Source: an uncultured Clostridia bacterium (lineage in GTDB: Bacteria; Bacillota; Clostridia; TANB77; CAG-508). From it: 60,132 bases of DNA. Numbering within the stretch: position 1 is the first letter of the stretch; each line of letters opens with the position of its first letter. The DNA lies in assembly GCA_934184665.1 (NCBI GenBank), contig CAKPSX010000005.1, positions 1 through 60,132 of the forward strand. The letters are read 5' to 3'. This document shows positions 46,545 to 57,266 of the stretch, one piece after another. The notes under the pieces were generated by a model. The model was not told the DNA's origin and made no database searches. It saw nothing but the letters and a program-made list of their open reading frames with translations. Position numbers and translations under genes: made by a program.

Positions 46545-46568
46545 AAGGACGACTTAGTCGTCCTTTAA
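46545..46568. terminator. Bidirectional hairpin between the M23 peptidase and mecA genes
   Basis: aaggacgac (46545-46553), loop tta, gtcgtcctt (46557-46565). Confidence 0.65.
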
Positions 46569-46583
46569 AATGTGTAATAAAAT

Positions 46584-47153
46584 TTAAACTGAATTAAAAG
46601 AAGCAGGAGAAAATTTTCCGATAGATTTACCATATTCATTAAGTGAGCCAATAAATTGAACAGAATATGGGATCAATTCTCCAAATTCCATAAATGTATA
46701 AATTAAGGATTTTTGGAAAAATCCTTCTTGATTTTCTATGTATAAATAGTAATTTTTATCATACAAATAAAGAGAAAAAGTGCAAGAATTTACATCAAAG
46801 GACAAGTTATTCATATTATTGATATATGTAAATAAATTTAGGAAATCATCTAAAGCATCTAATTTCAATATTACTGGAGATGATATAATATTAAAAATAT
46901 CAATGTCAGAAAAAATCTTAGTAATGGTAAAAATAAATCCACCATCATTGGCCATAAGTGCCTCAAATACTAATTTACAGTCATCTGCTTTAAAATTAAC
47001 CTGCCTTTCTGCCTCTTGAAGAAGATTATGAAATATATCTTGGAACTCAGAACAATCTGATAAAAATGTTTCTTTAGAAACATTATGTGAGTCCATATCT
47101 TCTTTTGTAAAAACTACTTTTAATTTATTATCTGTTATTTTCTCAAATTTCAT
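46584..47153 (-). CDS. mecA: Adaptor protein MecA-like
   Basis: Begins MKFEKITDNKLKVVFTKEDMD and carries C-terminal ...YDKNYYLYIEN...EYGK, paralleling Bacillus MecA (MEIERINEHTVKF..., ...RYYLYVDF...EYGK). Confidence 0.7.
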   Translation of the reverse strand: MKFEKITDNKLKVVFTKEDMDSHNVSKETFLSDCSEFQDIFHNLLQEAERQVNFKADDCKLVFEALMANDGGFIFTITKIFSDIDIFNIISSPVILKLDALDDFLNLFTYINNMNNLSFDVNSCTFSLYLYDKNYYLYIENQEGFFQKSLIYTFMEFGELIPYSVQFIGSLNEYGKSIGKFSPASFNSV

Positions 47154-47370
47154 AATTAAACCAATCCTTCCTCAAGGAATTAACCCTACTTATATTATAC
47201 TACGAATAAGACGATATTTAAAGTTGAAAAATATGGCAAAAAAATAATGTGAAAATTGTGTAAAAAATTCACATAATACTTGAAAAAAATGCAAAATCAA
47301 TATATAATATTAACACGTGAAAAGTTATTTTCCGTAAGGGGGGCAAATATCAAAGAAATGGAGAGAAAAA

Positions 47371-48072
47371 TTGTCTATAAAAATTAAAGAATTGCCTAAA
47401 ACAGAAAGACCATATGAAAAATTAGAAAAATATGGTGCAAAAAAATTAACAAATGCAGAATTACTTGCGATAATAATAAAATCAGGAACAAAAGAAGAAA
47501 CGTCAATAGGGCTTGCACAAAAAATACTAAAACTAAACGAATATGAAGAAAGAGAAGACTTAAATTTTTTAAGAGAAATAACAATAGAAGAATTTATGAA
47601 AATAAAAGGAATAGGAAAAGTAAAAGCAATACAATTAAAAGCAGTGTGCGAATTAGCAACAAGAATGAATGAAAATACAAAATATAATCCTACGAAAATA
47701 AAAGAATCAAGAGATGTTGCTAATTTATTGATGGATGAGATGAGATTTGAAAAACAAGAAATATTAAAATTACTCATGCTAGATAGCAAAAATATGTTAT
47801 TAAAAATAAAAGATGTTGCTATTGGCAGTGGTAATTTTGCGTCAGCTACTATTAAGTCTATATTAAATGAAGCAGTTAAAATTGAAGCTCCAAAAATAAT
47901 TTTAGTACATAATCATCCAAGTGGAAATCCCACACCAAGCATTAAAGATATTGAATTTACACAACAAATAAAACAAGGTGCCAAAATATTAGGAATAGAA
48001 TTGGTAGACCATGTTATAATTGGCAGATTAAATTATAAAAGTATATTTTCATATGAATTAAAAAATAATTAG
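47371..48072 (+). CDS. radC: RadC-family JAB-domain protein
   Basis: Contains ELPKTERPYEKLEKYGAKKLTNAELLAIIIKSG, an HhH region, and the HNHPSGNPTPS JAMM motif. The start is TTG. Confidence 0.9.
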   Translation: MSIKIKELPKTERPYEKLEKYGAKKLTNAELLAIIIKSGTKEETSIGLAQKILKLNEYEEREDLNFLREITIEEFMKIKGIGKVKAIQLKAVCELATRMNENTKYNPTKIKESRDVANLLMDEMRFEKQEILKLLMLDSKNMLLKIKDVAIGSGNFASATIKSILNEAVKIEAPKIILVHNHPSGNPTPSIKDIEFTQQIKQGAKILGIELVDHVIIGRLNYKSIFSYELKNN

Positions 48073-48108
48073 AAAATAAATTATGCCTTTTAAAAAAGAT
48101 AGAAAGGA

Positions 48109-49152
48109 ATGTTAGTGAAGATGGATTTTTTATCATTTAAATCAAGAGATATAGGTATAGACTTGGGAACAGCAAATATATTAGTAACATTAAAAAATAA
48201 AGGAATAGTTATAAGAGAGCCAGCAGTCATTGCCATAGATAATAAAAGTGGGGAAGTGTTAGCAACAGGTTTTGAAGCAAAAGCAATGCTTGGAAGAACA
48301 CCAAAAGATATAAGTGCAATAAGGCCATTAAAAGATGGAGTTATAGCAGATTTTACCGCAACAAAATTATTATTAAAAAATATACTTGAAAGAGTGTGTA
48401 GAAAATATAATGCAATAAGACCAAGAGTAATTGTAGGCGTGCCTTCAGGGATAACAGAAGTTGAAGAAAGAGCTGTTGAAGAATCAATAATACATGCAGG
48501 TGCAAGAGAAGTTTATTTGATTGAAGAACCAATGGCAGCAGCAATAGGTGCAGATATAGAAATAGAAGAACCAAGTGGAAATATAATTGTTGATATTGGT
48601 GGAGGAACAACAGAAGTAGCAGTTATTTCCCTTGGAGGAATAGTAATAAGTAATTCATTACGAATTGCTGGAGACGAATTAGATGAAGATATAATTAATT
48701 ATGCTAAAAGAGAACTAAATTTAGCTATAGGAGAAGCAACAGCTGAACTTGTAAAAAAAGAATTGGGTTGTGCAATGCCTTTAATGACACAAATGTCAAT
48801 GGGAATAAAAGGTAGAGATTTAAATGATGGATTACCTAAAACTGTAACAATAACATCAGATCAAGTAGAAGAAGCTATGAAAGAATCTATAGAAAAGATA
48901 GTTGAAATTGTAAAAATAACACTTGAAAAAACACCACCAGAACTTGCATCAGATATAATGGAAAAAGGAATTATATTAGCAGGAGGAGGAGCATTAATCC
49001 AAAACTTGGATAAACTAATAAGTCGAGAAACAGGTATGCCGGTTTATGTTGCGGAAGAACCATTAGACAGTGTTGTAAAAGGAACTGAGAAAACACTATT
49101 AGAAATAGACAAGCTAAAAACAGTTCTAAAAAATTCCAGAAAAAGAAGATAA
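48109..49152 (+). CDS. mreB: Rod-shape-determining protein MreB
   Basis: Contains DIGIDLGTANILV, DIGGGTTEVAVISLGG, and GGGALIQNLDKLIS. The start could be ATG 48121 instead. Confidence 0.95.
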   Translation: MLVKMDFLSFKSRDIGIDLGTANILVTLKNKGIVIREPAVIAIDNKSGEVLATGFEAKAMLGRTPKDISAIRPLKDGVIADFTATKLLLKNILERVCRKYNAIRPRVIVGVPSGITEVEERAVEESIIHAGAREVYLIEEPMAAAIGADIEIEEPSGNIIVDIGGGTTEVAVISLGGIVISNSLRIAGDELDEDIINYAKRELNLAIGEATAELVKKELGCAMPLMTQMSMGIKGRDLNDGLPKTVTITSDQVEEAMKESIEKIVEIVKITLEKTPPELASDIMEKGIILAGGGALIQNLDKLISRETGMPVYVAEEPLDSVVKGTEKTLLEIDKLKTVLKNSRKRR

Positions 49153-49167
49153 AAAGGATGAGAGTAA

Positions 49168-49986
49168 ATGGAGAGAGAAAGACAAAGTGGGATTATAGGG
49201 GTTATAATAACTATAATCATATTAATATTATTGATTGTATTTACAAATACCAAGAAAACAGACATAACAATAGTTGAGGATATTGCAAATACAGTTGTAG
49301 TGCCTATAGAGAACGGTTTAACATATTTAAAAAATAAAGTAAATAATAATGATAAATTTTTTACGAATGTAAACGAACTAAAAACAGAAAATGAACAATT
49401 AAAACAAAAAAATAGTGAACTTGAGCAAAGCATGAGAGAATATGAAATAATAAAAAATGAAAATGAACAATTAAAACAAGAACTAAATTTATCAGAAAAA
49501 TATGGACAATATACAACAGTTCCAGGAACGATAATATCAAGAGATATTAGTAATTACACAAAAACGATAGTAATTAATGTTGGAAAAGATGATGGAATTG
49601 AAGAAAAAATGACAGTAATAGCAAATGAAGGATTAGTTGGATATGTAGTATCAGTTACATCACATACAGCTAAAATACAAACAATAGCTGATAGTGCAAG
49701 TGCTACAAGCTGTTTAACAAGTACTACGAGAGAAACTATGATAAGCAAAGGTACGGTTGAAAAAAATTCATTATTAAAAGCAACATATATTGAAACAGGT
49801 GCTAACATTATTGAAGGAGATAGTGTAGAAACATCTGGACTTGGAGGAATATATATAAAAGGAATACATGTTGGTAAAGTGAAAAAGGTTGTTGATGGAA
49901 CAAATAAAATTGATTCATATGCAGTTATAGAATCAGCAGTTGATTTTGAAAAATTAGAAACTGTACTTGTTATAACGAATCAATAA
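49168..49986 (+). CDS. mreC: Rod-shape-determining protein MreC
   Basis: It has a TM segment, a coiled coil (ENEQLKQKNSELE), and a beta domain containing GLVGYV and SGLGGIYIKGIHVG. It sits in the mreBCD order. Confidence 0.85.
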   Translation: MERERQSGIIGVIITIIILILLIVFTNTKKTDITIVEDIANTVVVPIENGLTYLKNKVNNNDKFFTNVNELKTENEQLKQKNSELEQSMREYEIIKNENEQLKQELNLSEKYGQYTTVPGTIISRDISNYTKTIVINVGKDDGIEEKMTVIANEGLVGYVVSVTSHTAKIQTIADSASATSCLTSTTRETMISKGTVEKNSLLKATYIETGANIIEGDSVETSGLGGIYIKGIHVGKVKKVVDGTNKIDSYAVIESAVDFEKLETVLVITNQ

Positions 49987-50018
49987 AATAGCAGATTTAG
50001 GAAGGAATGTGATTAAAA

Positions 50019-50552
50019 ATGAAAAAATTTATTATATATATTTCCTTAATCATTGCTTTTATAATAATTTATTTATTACAAAGTATAGTATTTACGAACC
50101 TTACTATAGCAGGAATAATGCCAAATTTATTCGTAATTTTTATACTGTTTATTGGTCTATATATGGGCAGAAGTAGAGGCGTAATATTTGGAATTATTTT
50201 TGGTGTTTTCATAGATATTTGGATAGGAAGAAATCTCGGAATAACATCAATAGCCCTAGCAATAGTTGGATTTTTAGGTGGAATATTTGATAAAAACTTT
50301 TCAAAAGAGAGTAGAATAACAGTTATTATAATGTGTGCAATATGCACAATATTATATGAAACTCTTATATGTATATTAAGATATATAACTGTGGGCATAA
50401 ACATAGAAACACTACAATTTATTAAGATATTAAGTATTGAAGTTTTATACAATATTTTATTAGCAATAATATTATATCCATTAATAAAAAAAGTCGGTTA
50501 TGAAATAGAAAGTGAAATAAAAGGAAATAAAATTTTTACAAGATATTTCTAG
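50019..50552 (+). CDS. mreD: Rod-shape-determining protein MreD
   Basis: A small polytopic membrane protein immediately after mreC. Confidence 0.7.
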   Translation: MKKFIIYISLIIAFIIIYLLQSIVFTNLTIAGIMPNLFVIFILFIGLYMGRSRGVIFGIIFGVFIDIWIGRNLGITSIALAIVGFLGGIFDKNFSKESRITVIIMCAICTILYETLICILRYITVGINIETLQFIKILSIEVLYNILLAIILYPLIKKVGYEIESEIKGNKIFTRYF

Positions 50553-50604
50553 TGAAGAATAAAAAGTATGAAATCTTCTTGTATGCAGGAATTAAATATA
50601 ATTT

Positions 50605-52779
50605 ATGAAAGAAGGTGAAGAATTGAACAATAGAATAAGACTTGACAGAGAAACATCATGGGAAAAAGATAATAACAATGATCAAATTAATTTTAGATTT
50701 AATTTAATAACTGTAGTAGTATATATAATTGGAATAATATTAATTGTTCAATTATTCAACCTACAAGTAGTAAATGGTGAATCATATAGGGATCAGTCAA
50801 ATACAAGACTTTCAAGAGTAAGCACAATAAAGTCAGCAAGAGGATCAATTGTTGATAGAACTGGAACAGAGCTGGCAGGGGTAAAAACTAAATATAGTAT
50901 TGAAATGTATAAAACTAATATAGCAAATGACCAATTAAATGACTCGATATTAAAATTGGTTAATTTATTAAATGAATATCAAATTTCATATACTGATACA
51001 TTTCCTGTTAATGTTAATCCATGTGAATACACTATTAGTGGAGATGAACTCGCAACATGGAAAACAAAATACAAAATAAAAGAGGATGCAACTCCAGAAG
51101 AGGCAATAGAAAAATTTAAGAACAAATATGAAATTCAAAATGACAACATTGAAGATGCTAGAAAGATTATATCAATAAGATATAAAATAACTACAACAGG
51201 ATATAGTACAACAAAATCTATACAAATAGCAGAAGATGTTAGTCAAGATGTTATATCGCAATTAAGTGAGAAAAATAGTGAATTTCCTGGAATAAGCATA
51301 GAGCAAAAAGCAATAAGAACATATCTAACTGGTAGCTTAGCATCACATGTAATAGGATATACTGGTAGAATAAGTCAAGAGGAATATGAAAGTAAAAAAG
51401 AAGAATATGATAGTGATGATATTATTGGAAAAACAGGAATAGAATCTTTATTTGAAAAATATTTAAAAGGTCAGGATGGAGAAAAACAAGTTGATATGTC
51501 TGTTAATGGAACAATTAACGGAGAATATGTAACAAAAGAAGCAAAAGTAGGCGATGATATCGTTTTAACAATAGATTCAAACCTACAAACTGTTACGGAA
51601 CAAGCATTAGAGAACTGTATTAATAAAATAAGAAGCGGTGGATTTTCACAAACATATGATGCAAAAGGCGGAGCGGCTGTTGTAATGAATGTAAATACAG
51701 GTGAAGTTTTAGCAACAGCAAGTAATCCAACATATGAACCAGAATGGTTTAGCGGCGGAATTGACCTAGATAGATGGAAAGAACTTAGAGATAATCCATC
51801 ACACCCTATGCTAAATAAAACTATACAATCTGCATATGCACCAGGTTCAATATTTAAGATGGTTACAGCAATAGCCGGATTGGAAACAGGTGCTATAACA
51901 ACAAAAGAAAAAATAAATGATACCGGTGTATACAGAAAATATAATGCAGAATGGAAATGTTGGTATTATACAAGTTACCATAGGGGACATGGATATCAGA
52001 ATGTAACTCAAGCACTACAACATTCATGTAACTATTTCTTCTATGAAGTTGGAGACAGAATGGGAATAAACACACTATCTAAATATGCATTACATTTTGG
52101 ACTAGGAAAGAAAACAGGAATTGAGTTGCCAAGTGAATCAGCTGGTTCAGTTGCATCACCAGATACTAAAGCAAAATTAAAGAGTGGAGAATCTTGGTAC
52201 CCAGGAGAAACACTTTCTGCTTCAATAGGACAAAGTTATAATAACTTTACACCAATGCAAATTGCAAAATATATTTCAACAATAGCTAACGGAGGAACAA
52301 CAGTAAAACCTACAATAATAAAAACAATACTGGATTCAACAGGTAATGAAGTTTCAAGAGATGAAATAGAAAATTATACTAATCAAAAACTTGGAATAGA
52401 CACATCTGATGATGGAATAAATATTAATCCAGAAAATATAAGTATTGCTAAAGAAGGTATGAGAATGGCTACAAGTGAGGCAGGTGGAACAGCATACAAT
52501 ATATTTAAAAGTTTTAATGTAGAAGTTGCGGGAAAGACTGGTTCTGCAGAAGCAGGAACAGATAGTAATGGAAATGATAAAGTAAATGCATGGTTTGTTT
52601 GTTTTGCACCATTTGAAAATCCTGAAGTTGCAGTTGTTGTAATGATAGAAAATGGTGGACATGGAAACTATGCTGCAGAAGTTGCTAGAGATATTTTAGT
52701 ACAATATTTTGGAAAAAATGAAGTTGCGGAAGTTAATGAGAGTGTTACAGCGGTTCCTTATACAGAACAAACCAGATAA
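50605..52779 (+). CDS. mrdA: Penicillin-binding protein 2 (elongation transpeptidase)
   Basis: It has an N-terminal TM segment, a PBP dimerisation domain, and a transpeptidase domain with APGSIFK (SxxK), a SxN-like region, and KTGSAE (KTG). Confidence 0.9.
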   Translation: MKEGEELNNRIRLDRETSWEKDNNNDQINFRFNLITVVVYIIGIILIVQLFNLQVVNGESYRDQSNTRLSRVSTIKSARGSIVDRTGTELAGVKTKYSIEMYKTNIANDQLNDSILKLVNLLNEYQISYTDTFPVNVNPCEYTISGDELATWKTKYKIKEDATPEEAIEKFKNKYEIQNDNIEDARKIISIRYKITTTGYSTTKSIQIAEDVSQDVISQLSEKNSEFPGISIEQKAIRTYLTGSLASHVIGYTGRISQEEYESKKEEYDSDDIIGKTGIESLFEKYLKGQDGEKQVDMSVNGTINGEYVTKEAKVGDDIVLTIDSNLQTVTEQALENCINKIRSGGFSQTYDAKGGAAVVMNVNTGEVLATASNPTYEPEWFSGGIDLDRWKELRDNPSHPMLNKTIQSAYAPGSIFKMVTAIAGLETGAITTKEKINDTGVYRKYNAEWKCWYYTSYHRGHGYQNVTQALQHSCNYFFYEVGDRMGINTLSKYALHFGLGKKTGIELPSESAGSVASPDTKAKLKSGESWYPGETLSASIGQSYNNFTPMQIAKYISTIANGGTTVKPTIIKTILDSTGNEVSRDEIENYTNQKLGIDTSDDGININPENISIAKEGMRMATSEAGGTAYNIFKSFNVEVAGKTGSAEAGTDSNGNDKVNAWFVCFAPFENPEVAVVVMIENGGHGNYAAEVARDILVQYFGKNEVAEVNESVTAVPYTEQTR

Positions 52780-52860
52780 CATGGTGAAAATTTAATTCTT
52801 TTCCAATCAAGGTTTGTACCTTTATAAAAGAATGTGACTAAAAATGAAAGGAAGTAAAAG

Positions 52861-53487
52861 ATGAGTTGTGTTAGTGTAAATTTGAAAAAAGATGAAATAT
52901 TAATAAAAATAGATGATAATAGTGAACATGAAGATGTTCTAACAGATTTAAAACTAAAGTTAATTGACTTAAAAAAACTATACCAAGATGCAAAAACACC
53001 AATTAGAGTTACAGGAAAAATACTAAAAAATATTGAAATGGATGAAATAAAAGAAATAATACAAAACGAAATAAATGTTGAAGTCAATTTTGATACACCG
53101 AAAACATTAGGGCTTCATAGTATTACAAAAAGTTATAAAAAAGATGTTGGAATTTCTGAAACTAAATTTCATAAAGGATCATTACGTTCAGGACAAAGAA
53201 TGGAAGTTGATGGAAGTATTGTAATAATAGGAGATGTAAATTCAGGTGCAGAAGTTATTGCAACAGATAATATTGTAGTAATAGGAACCCTAAGAGGGCT
53301 AGCGCATGCAGGAGCAAAAGGAAATAAAGAAGCAATAATAACAGCTAGTACATTAGATGTTGTTCAACTTAGAATTTCTAATATTGTTAAAGAAATTGAC
53401 AAAGATGAAGAAGAAATACAAGAATGTGCTTATATCTATGTTGAGGAAGATAAAATTGTAAGCAAATTCTTGCATTCAACTAATTAA
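52861..53487 (+). CDS. minC: Septum site-determining protein MinC
   Basis: The C-terminal beta-helix reads LRSGQRMEVDGSIVIIGDVNSGAEVIATDNIVVIGTLRGLAHAGAKGNKEAIITA. It sits after mreBCD-PBP2. Confidence 0.85.
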   Translation: MSCVSVNLKKDEILIKIDDNSEHEDVLTDLKLKLIDLKKLYQDAKTPIRVTGKILKNIEMDEIKEIIQNEINVEVNFDTPKTLGLHSITKSYKKDVGISETKFHKGSLRSGQRMEVDGSIVIIGDVNSGAEVIATDNIVVIGTLRGLAHAGAKGNKEAIITASTLDVVQLRISNIVKEIDKDEEEIQECAYIYVEEDKIVSKFLHSTN

Positions 53488-53817
53488 TAAAAGCAATAGT
53501 GAAATAAAAAGGCTTTCATCTTTTACTTCTTCTTTATATAAAAGATATAAAAGACTTAAAATTAGGACATCATCAAAATATAATTTAATTCCAAATAAGT
53601 CGAGCCAAACCGTACTATTGATATCAGAGCTGTTATGACTACGGCTATCTGGAGCTGAAGGGATCTCATCAGAGATGATGGGGTCTTTTTCCTTTTCTTG
53701 GATAGAAGGAGGGGATTGTGCTACACAATTATTGGGAACGTATCTATTATAAAAGTTGTTGCGATAATAATTATTATAATAAGGGAAAGGCCTATTGTAT
53801 CTAAAAAAATTATTCAT
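53476..53817 (-). CDS. Hypothetical protein with Tyr/Asn-rich N-terminus and hydrophobic C-terminus
   Basis: ORF 5 nt downstream of the 53823-54302 gene on the same strand. Its 3' end overlaps the minC 3' end by 12 nt. No family recognised. Confidence 0.45.
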   Translation of the reverse strand: MNNFFRYNRPFPYYNNYYRNNFYNRYVPNNCVAQSPPSIQEKEKDPIISDEIPSAPDSRSHNSSDINSTVWLDLFGIKLYFDDVLILSLLYLLYKEEVKDESLFISLLLLLIS

Positions 53818-53822
53818 TTAGT

Positions 53823-54302
53823 TCACACTTCCTTATCATCTTTATTTTTATTCATCATATCAGCAATTTTAGAAATGTTAAGCATATTAACATATTGGTC
53901 AAGTTTATTTTTTTTGCTATCTCGAAGATATGGCTTTAAGGAATACAATAGATTAGCACGTGGGTCATTTTTACTATTCATATTATCCATAACTGACTTC
54001 ATTTTCATGATTGTATTCATATCAATATTAAAATTATTAGAATTAGTTGCAGTGCTGTTCGGAGAAGATTGATTATTAGAATTCATCATATTACTAAAAT
54101 TATTAAGCATTTCAGGAGAAACTTGACTAAGAATATTGTTTATGTCCATATTGTTAGAGCCATTGTTTGACATAGGATTCTGTGAGCCAGAATTAGAAGA
54201 ACCTTGAAGGTTGTTCATCATTTGTTTAACATCGTCTGGAATGTTGCCACTATCAACCATTTTTTTAACACTTGCAAATAAATCGTCCATTTTATCAGAC
54301 AT
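53823..54302 (-). CDS. Hypothetical Asn/Ser/Met-rich protein
   Basis: ORF with SD (gaggtg) upstream. The conserved-looking tail is LLYSLKPYLRDSKKNKLDQYVNMLNISKI. No family named. Confidence 0.5.
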   Translation of the reverse strand: MSDKMDDLFASVKKMVDSGNIPDDVKQMMNNLQGSSNSGSQNPMSNNGSNNMDINNILSQVSPEMLNNFSNMMNSNNQSSPNSTATNSNNFNIDMNTIMKMKSVMDNMNSKNDPRANLLYSLKPYLRDSKKNKLDQYVNMLNISKIADMMNKNKDDKEV

Positions 54303-54568
54303 AATATCACCTCAAAATAATTTATGCATTATTATACATTATATGATTTTAAAAAAATTGTGTGAACCCAAATATGCGTAATAAAAAAGTATAAAATTTC
54401 GATAAATCCTTGTAATTTTCAACAATCTATAATAAAATATAGAGCGTAATACAGTAGAAAAAATAGTAAAAAAAATATAAATATCACAAAATGTAAAAAA
54501 CTTTTTTATAGTAAAGTACTAAAAAAGACAAAAAACACAAAAGAAAAAGATTAGAATTATACTATATT

Positions 54569-57016
54569 ATGAAAAAGTATGGGGTGGTAAGGATGTTAAG
54601 AAACAATATAAATAAAGATATACTTAAAAATTTAGTAAATATGAAGAATATAATAATATATATAATATCATTTATGGTGTCAACAATAGGAATGGGACAA
54701 GAAGTCTCACCTTTTAGTATAGCAATGGTTGGGGCAAGCTTAGCAGGAGGAGTACCTGCTATAGGTGTTGTTACAGCATGCTTAATAGGAAACATTATTG
54801 GAATTGGAACACTAGGAACACTAAATTACATATTAATAATATTAGTGTTAATTATAGCAATGTGTTTGAAACCACCAAGAGAAAGTGACGAATACAAAAA
54901 CGAACAAATACAATTAGGTGGTCACATATTTGCAAGCATTATTTTTGTTATGTTAGCAAAACTAATAGCAACACATTTCACAGTTGGAGACTTGTTGCTA
55001 AACATAACACTTGCAATACTTTCAGTAGTGTTTTATAAAATATTTGTGAACTCTTTAGTTGTTATACAAGAAATAACTGAAAAACGAGCATTTTCAATTG
55101 AAGAAGTAATAGGCGCAAACTTATTACTAGCAATAGCAATATCAGCAATTGGAGATATTGGAATATTTGGTTTATCAATAAGAAATATATTAAGTATTTT
55201 AATTGTATTAATACTTGGTTGGAAAAATGGTGTATTAATAGGTGCAACATCAGGAATAACAATAGGCGTAACACTAGGGATAATATCACAAGGAGAACCA
55301 ATAGTTATTGCAGTATATGCTTTATCAGGAATGATAGCAGGAATACTTAACAGGTTTGGAAGAATAGGTGTAATAGTAGGATTCTTAATAGGAAATGCTA
55401 TATTAATATATGCATCAAATGGAATGACAACAGATTTAGTATTGTTTAAAGAAGTACTAATAGCATCATTGGGCCTACTTGCTATGCCAAAATGGGTTGG
55501 AATAAATATTGAAAATTTTGAAAACACTGAAAAATTATTACCAGAGTACAATTCGAGAGGGCTAAGCCAAAGTAAAGAAACAATAAATAAATTAAACATG
55601 GTATCAGAGACAATTAGAGATATGGCAAATACATATAAAGAAGAAAAAACAGAAAAAGATAAAAGTAATAGAGATATATTTACAAAAAACAGAGATAAAT
55701 TTATTACAGAATTATTAAACAATTTAGATGGACTTGAAGATAATATGTTATATGAAGATATGACTAAAACTGATAGCCCTATTGTACATGAATTGTTTGA
55801 AAAATTATTAGAGAAACAAGAAATTGATAGTATTGATTTAGTAAAAGCATTTGAAAAGTTTAATAATTATATAGTACAATTCAATGATGAAAAAATAAGC
55901 AAAAAAGTAAAAAATGACATAGAAAAAGTTGTTAGAGCTGTAAATTATGCATATAAGACAAGTAAATCAGACTTTATATGGGAAGAAAAGATAAAGACAA
56001 ATAAAAAAAATGTACAAGCTCAATTAAATGGAGTATCTAAAGCTATATCTAGCATAGCCGTAGAGATGGAAGAAGAAATAAATACGAAACAGGATTATAT
56101 AGACGAAAAAAATAGAATCGCTACAGCACTTGAAATAAAAGATATTTTAGTAGAAGATATACAAATAAACATAAAAGAAAATAGACATTTTATAGACATA
56201 TATCTAAAAGATGAAAGCAAAACAAGTGAAACAAAAGATATCGAAAAAATAAAAAAAGTATTGGAAAAAGTTATAAATGAAAAATTCATGTTAAATGAAA
56301 CTAAAACAAAGAAATTAAGCAAACAGGGCAAGAGAGTATTTAGTTATTTATCTGCTGATAAATATATAATTCAAATAGGACAAGCAACAGAGACAAAAAA
56401 AGGACAAATGGTTTCAGGAGACAGCATTATCCAAACAAGATTAAATGATGGAAAATATTTAGTGGCAATAAGTGATGGAATGGGAGCAGGACCAGAAGCA
56501 AGAAAAAGTAGTCAGATTGCAATAAAAATGCTAGAAAGATTGTTAATGTCGGGGTTTGACAAAGATACATCAATTGACTTAATTAATACAACAATTATGA
56601 ATGCTAATGAAGAAATATTTGCTACACTTGACATTGCAATAGTAGACTTATATAATGGAAAAATAGAATTCATAAAAAATGGAGCATGTCCAACATATGT
56701 GAAAAATAAAAAGAAAGTTCAAATAGTAAAATCACTAAGTTTGCCTGCGGGAATACTAAAAGACATAAATTTAACAACATATGATAAAGACATAGAAAAT
56801 CAAGATATATTAGTAATGTGTAGTGATGGAATATTAGATTCAAATATAGAATTTAAAAATAAAGAATTATGGATAAAATATATGTTAGAGGATATGGAAA
56901 CAGACAATTGTCAGAAGATAGCAGATATTATATTAAATGAAGCTATTGATAATAATTATGGAATATCAAAAGATGATATGAGTATTATTGTTTGTAAATT
57001 AATCAATAATGTATAA
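54569..57016 (+). CDS. spoIIE: Stage II sporulation protein E (membrane PP2C phosphatase)
   Basis: An N-terminal block of about 10 TM segments is followed by a central regulatory region. The C-terminal PP2C domain contains GDSIIQ...AISDGMGAGPEA...VMCSDGILD. Confidence 0.9.
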   Translation: MKKYGVVRMLRNNINKDILKNLVNMKNIIIYIISFMVSTIGMGQEVSPFSIAMVGASLAGGVPAIGVVTACLIGNIIGIGTLGTLNYILIILVLIIAMCLKPPRESDEYKNEQIQLGGHIFASIIFVMLAKLIATHFTVGDLLLNITLAILSVVFYKIFVNSLVVIQEITEKRAFSIEEVIGANLLLAIAISAIGDIGIFGLSIRNILSILIVLILGWKNGVLIGATSGITIGVTLGIISQGEPIVIAVYALSGMIAGILNRFGRIGVIVGFLIGNAILIYASNGMTTDLVLFKEVLIASLGLLAMPKWVGINIENFENTEKLLPEYNSRGLSQSKETINKLNMVSETIRDMANTYKEEKTEKDKSNRDIFTKNRDKFITELLNNLDGLEDNMLYEDMTKTDSPIVHELFEKLLEKQEIDSIDLVKAFEKFNNYIVQFNDEKISKKVKNDIEKVVRAVNYAYKTSKSDFIWEEKIKTNKKNVQAQLNGVSKAISSIAVEMEEEINTKQDYIDEKNRIATALEIKDILVEDIQINIKENRHFIDIYLKDESKTSETKDIEKIKKVLEKVINEKFMLNETKTKKLSKQGKRVFSYLSADKYIIQIGQATETKKGQMVSGDSIIQTRLNDGKYLVAISDGMGAGPEARKSSQIAIKMLERLLMSGFDKDTSIDLINTTIMNANEEIFATLDIAIVDLYNGKIEFIKNGACPTYVKNKKKVQIVKSLSLPAGILKDINLTTYDKDIENQDILVMCSDGILDSNIEFKNKELWIKYMLEDMETDNCQKIADIILNEAIDNNYGISKDDMSIIVCKLINNV

Positions 57017-57035
57017 CAGAAAGGATACTATTAGG

Positions 57036-57227
57036 ATGAAAAAAAACATAAATAAAATGATGAAAAATGAAAAAGGAGCAATAACATTATTTGTATTGAT
57101 GGCATGTTTATTCTTTGTATTTATTTTATCAACAACATATATATCAAACATGAATAAATTACAAATACAAGAACAACAATTAAAGCAAATACAAGAAAAT
57201 TACGCAAAAGAAATAGAAGAAGAATAA
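57036..57227 (+). CDS. Small membrane protein (hypothetical)
   Basis: MKKNINKMMKNEKGAITLFVLMACLFFVFILS... has one TM segment followed by a Gln/Glu-rich helix. No family assigned. Confidence 0.4.
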   Translation: MKKNINKMMKNEKGAITLFVLMACLFFVFILSTTYISNMNKLQIQEQQLKQIQENYAKEIEEE

Positions 57228-57266
57228 AAACAATATTCATCTAAATAAAGAAAGGAATGTGATAAA

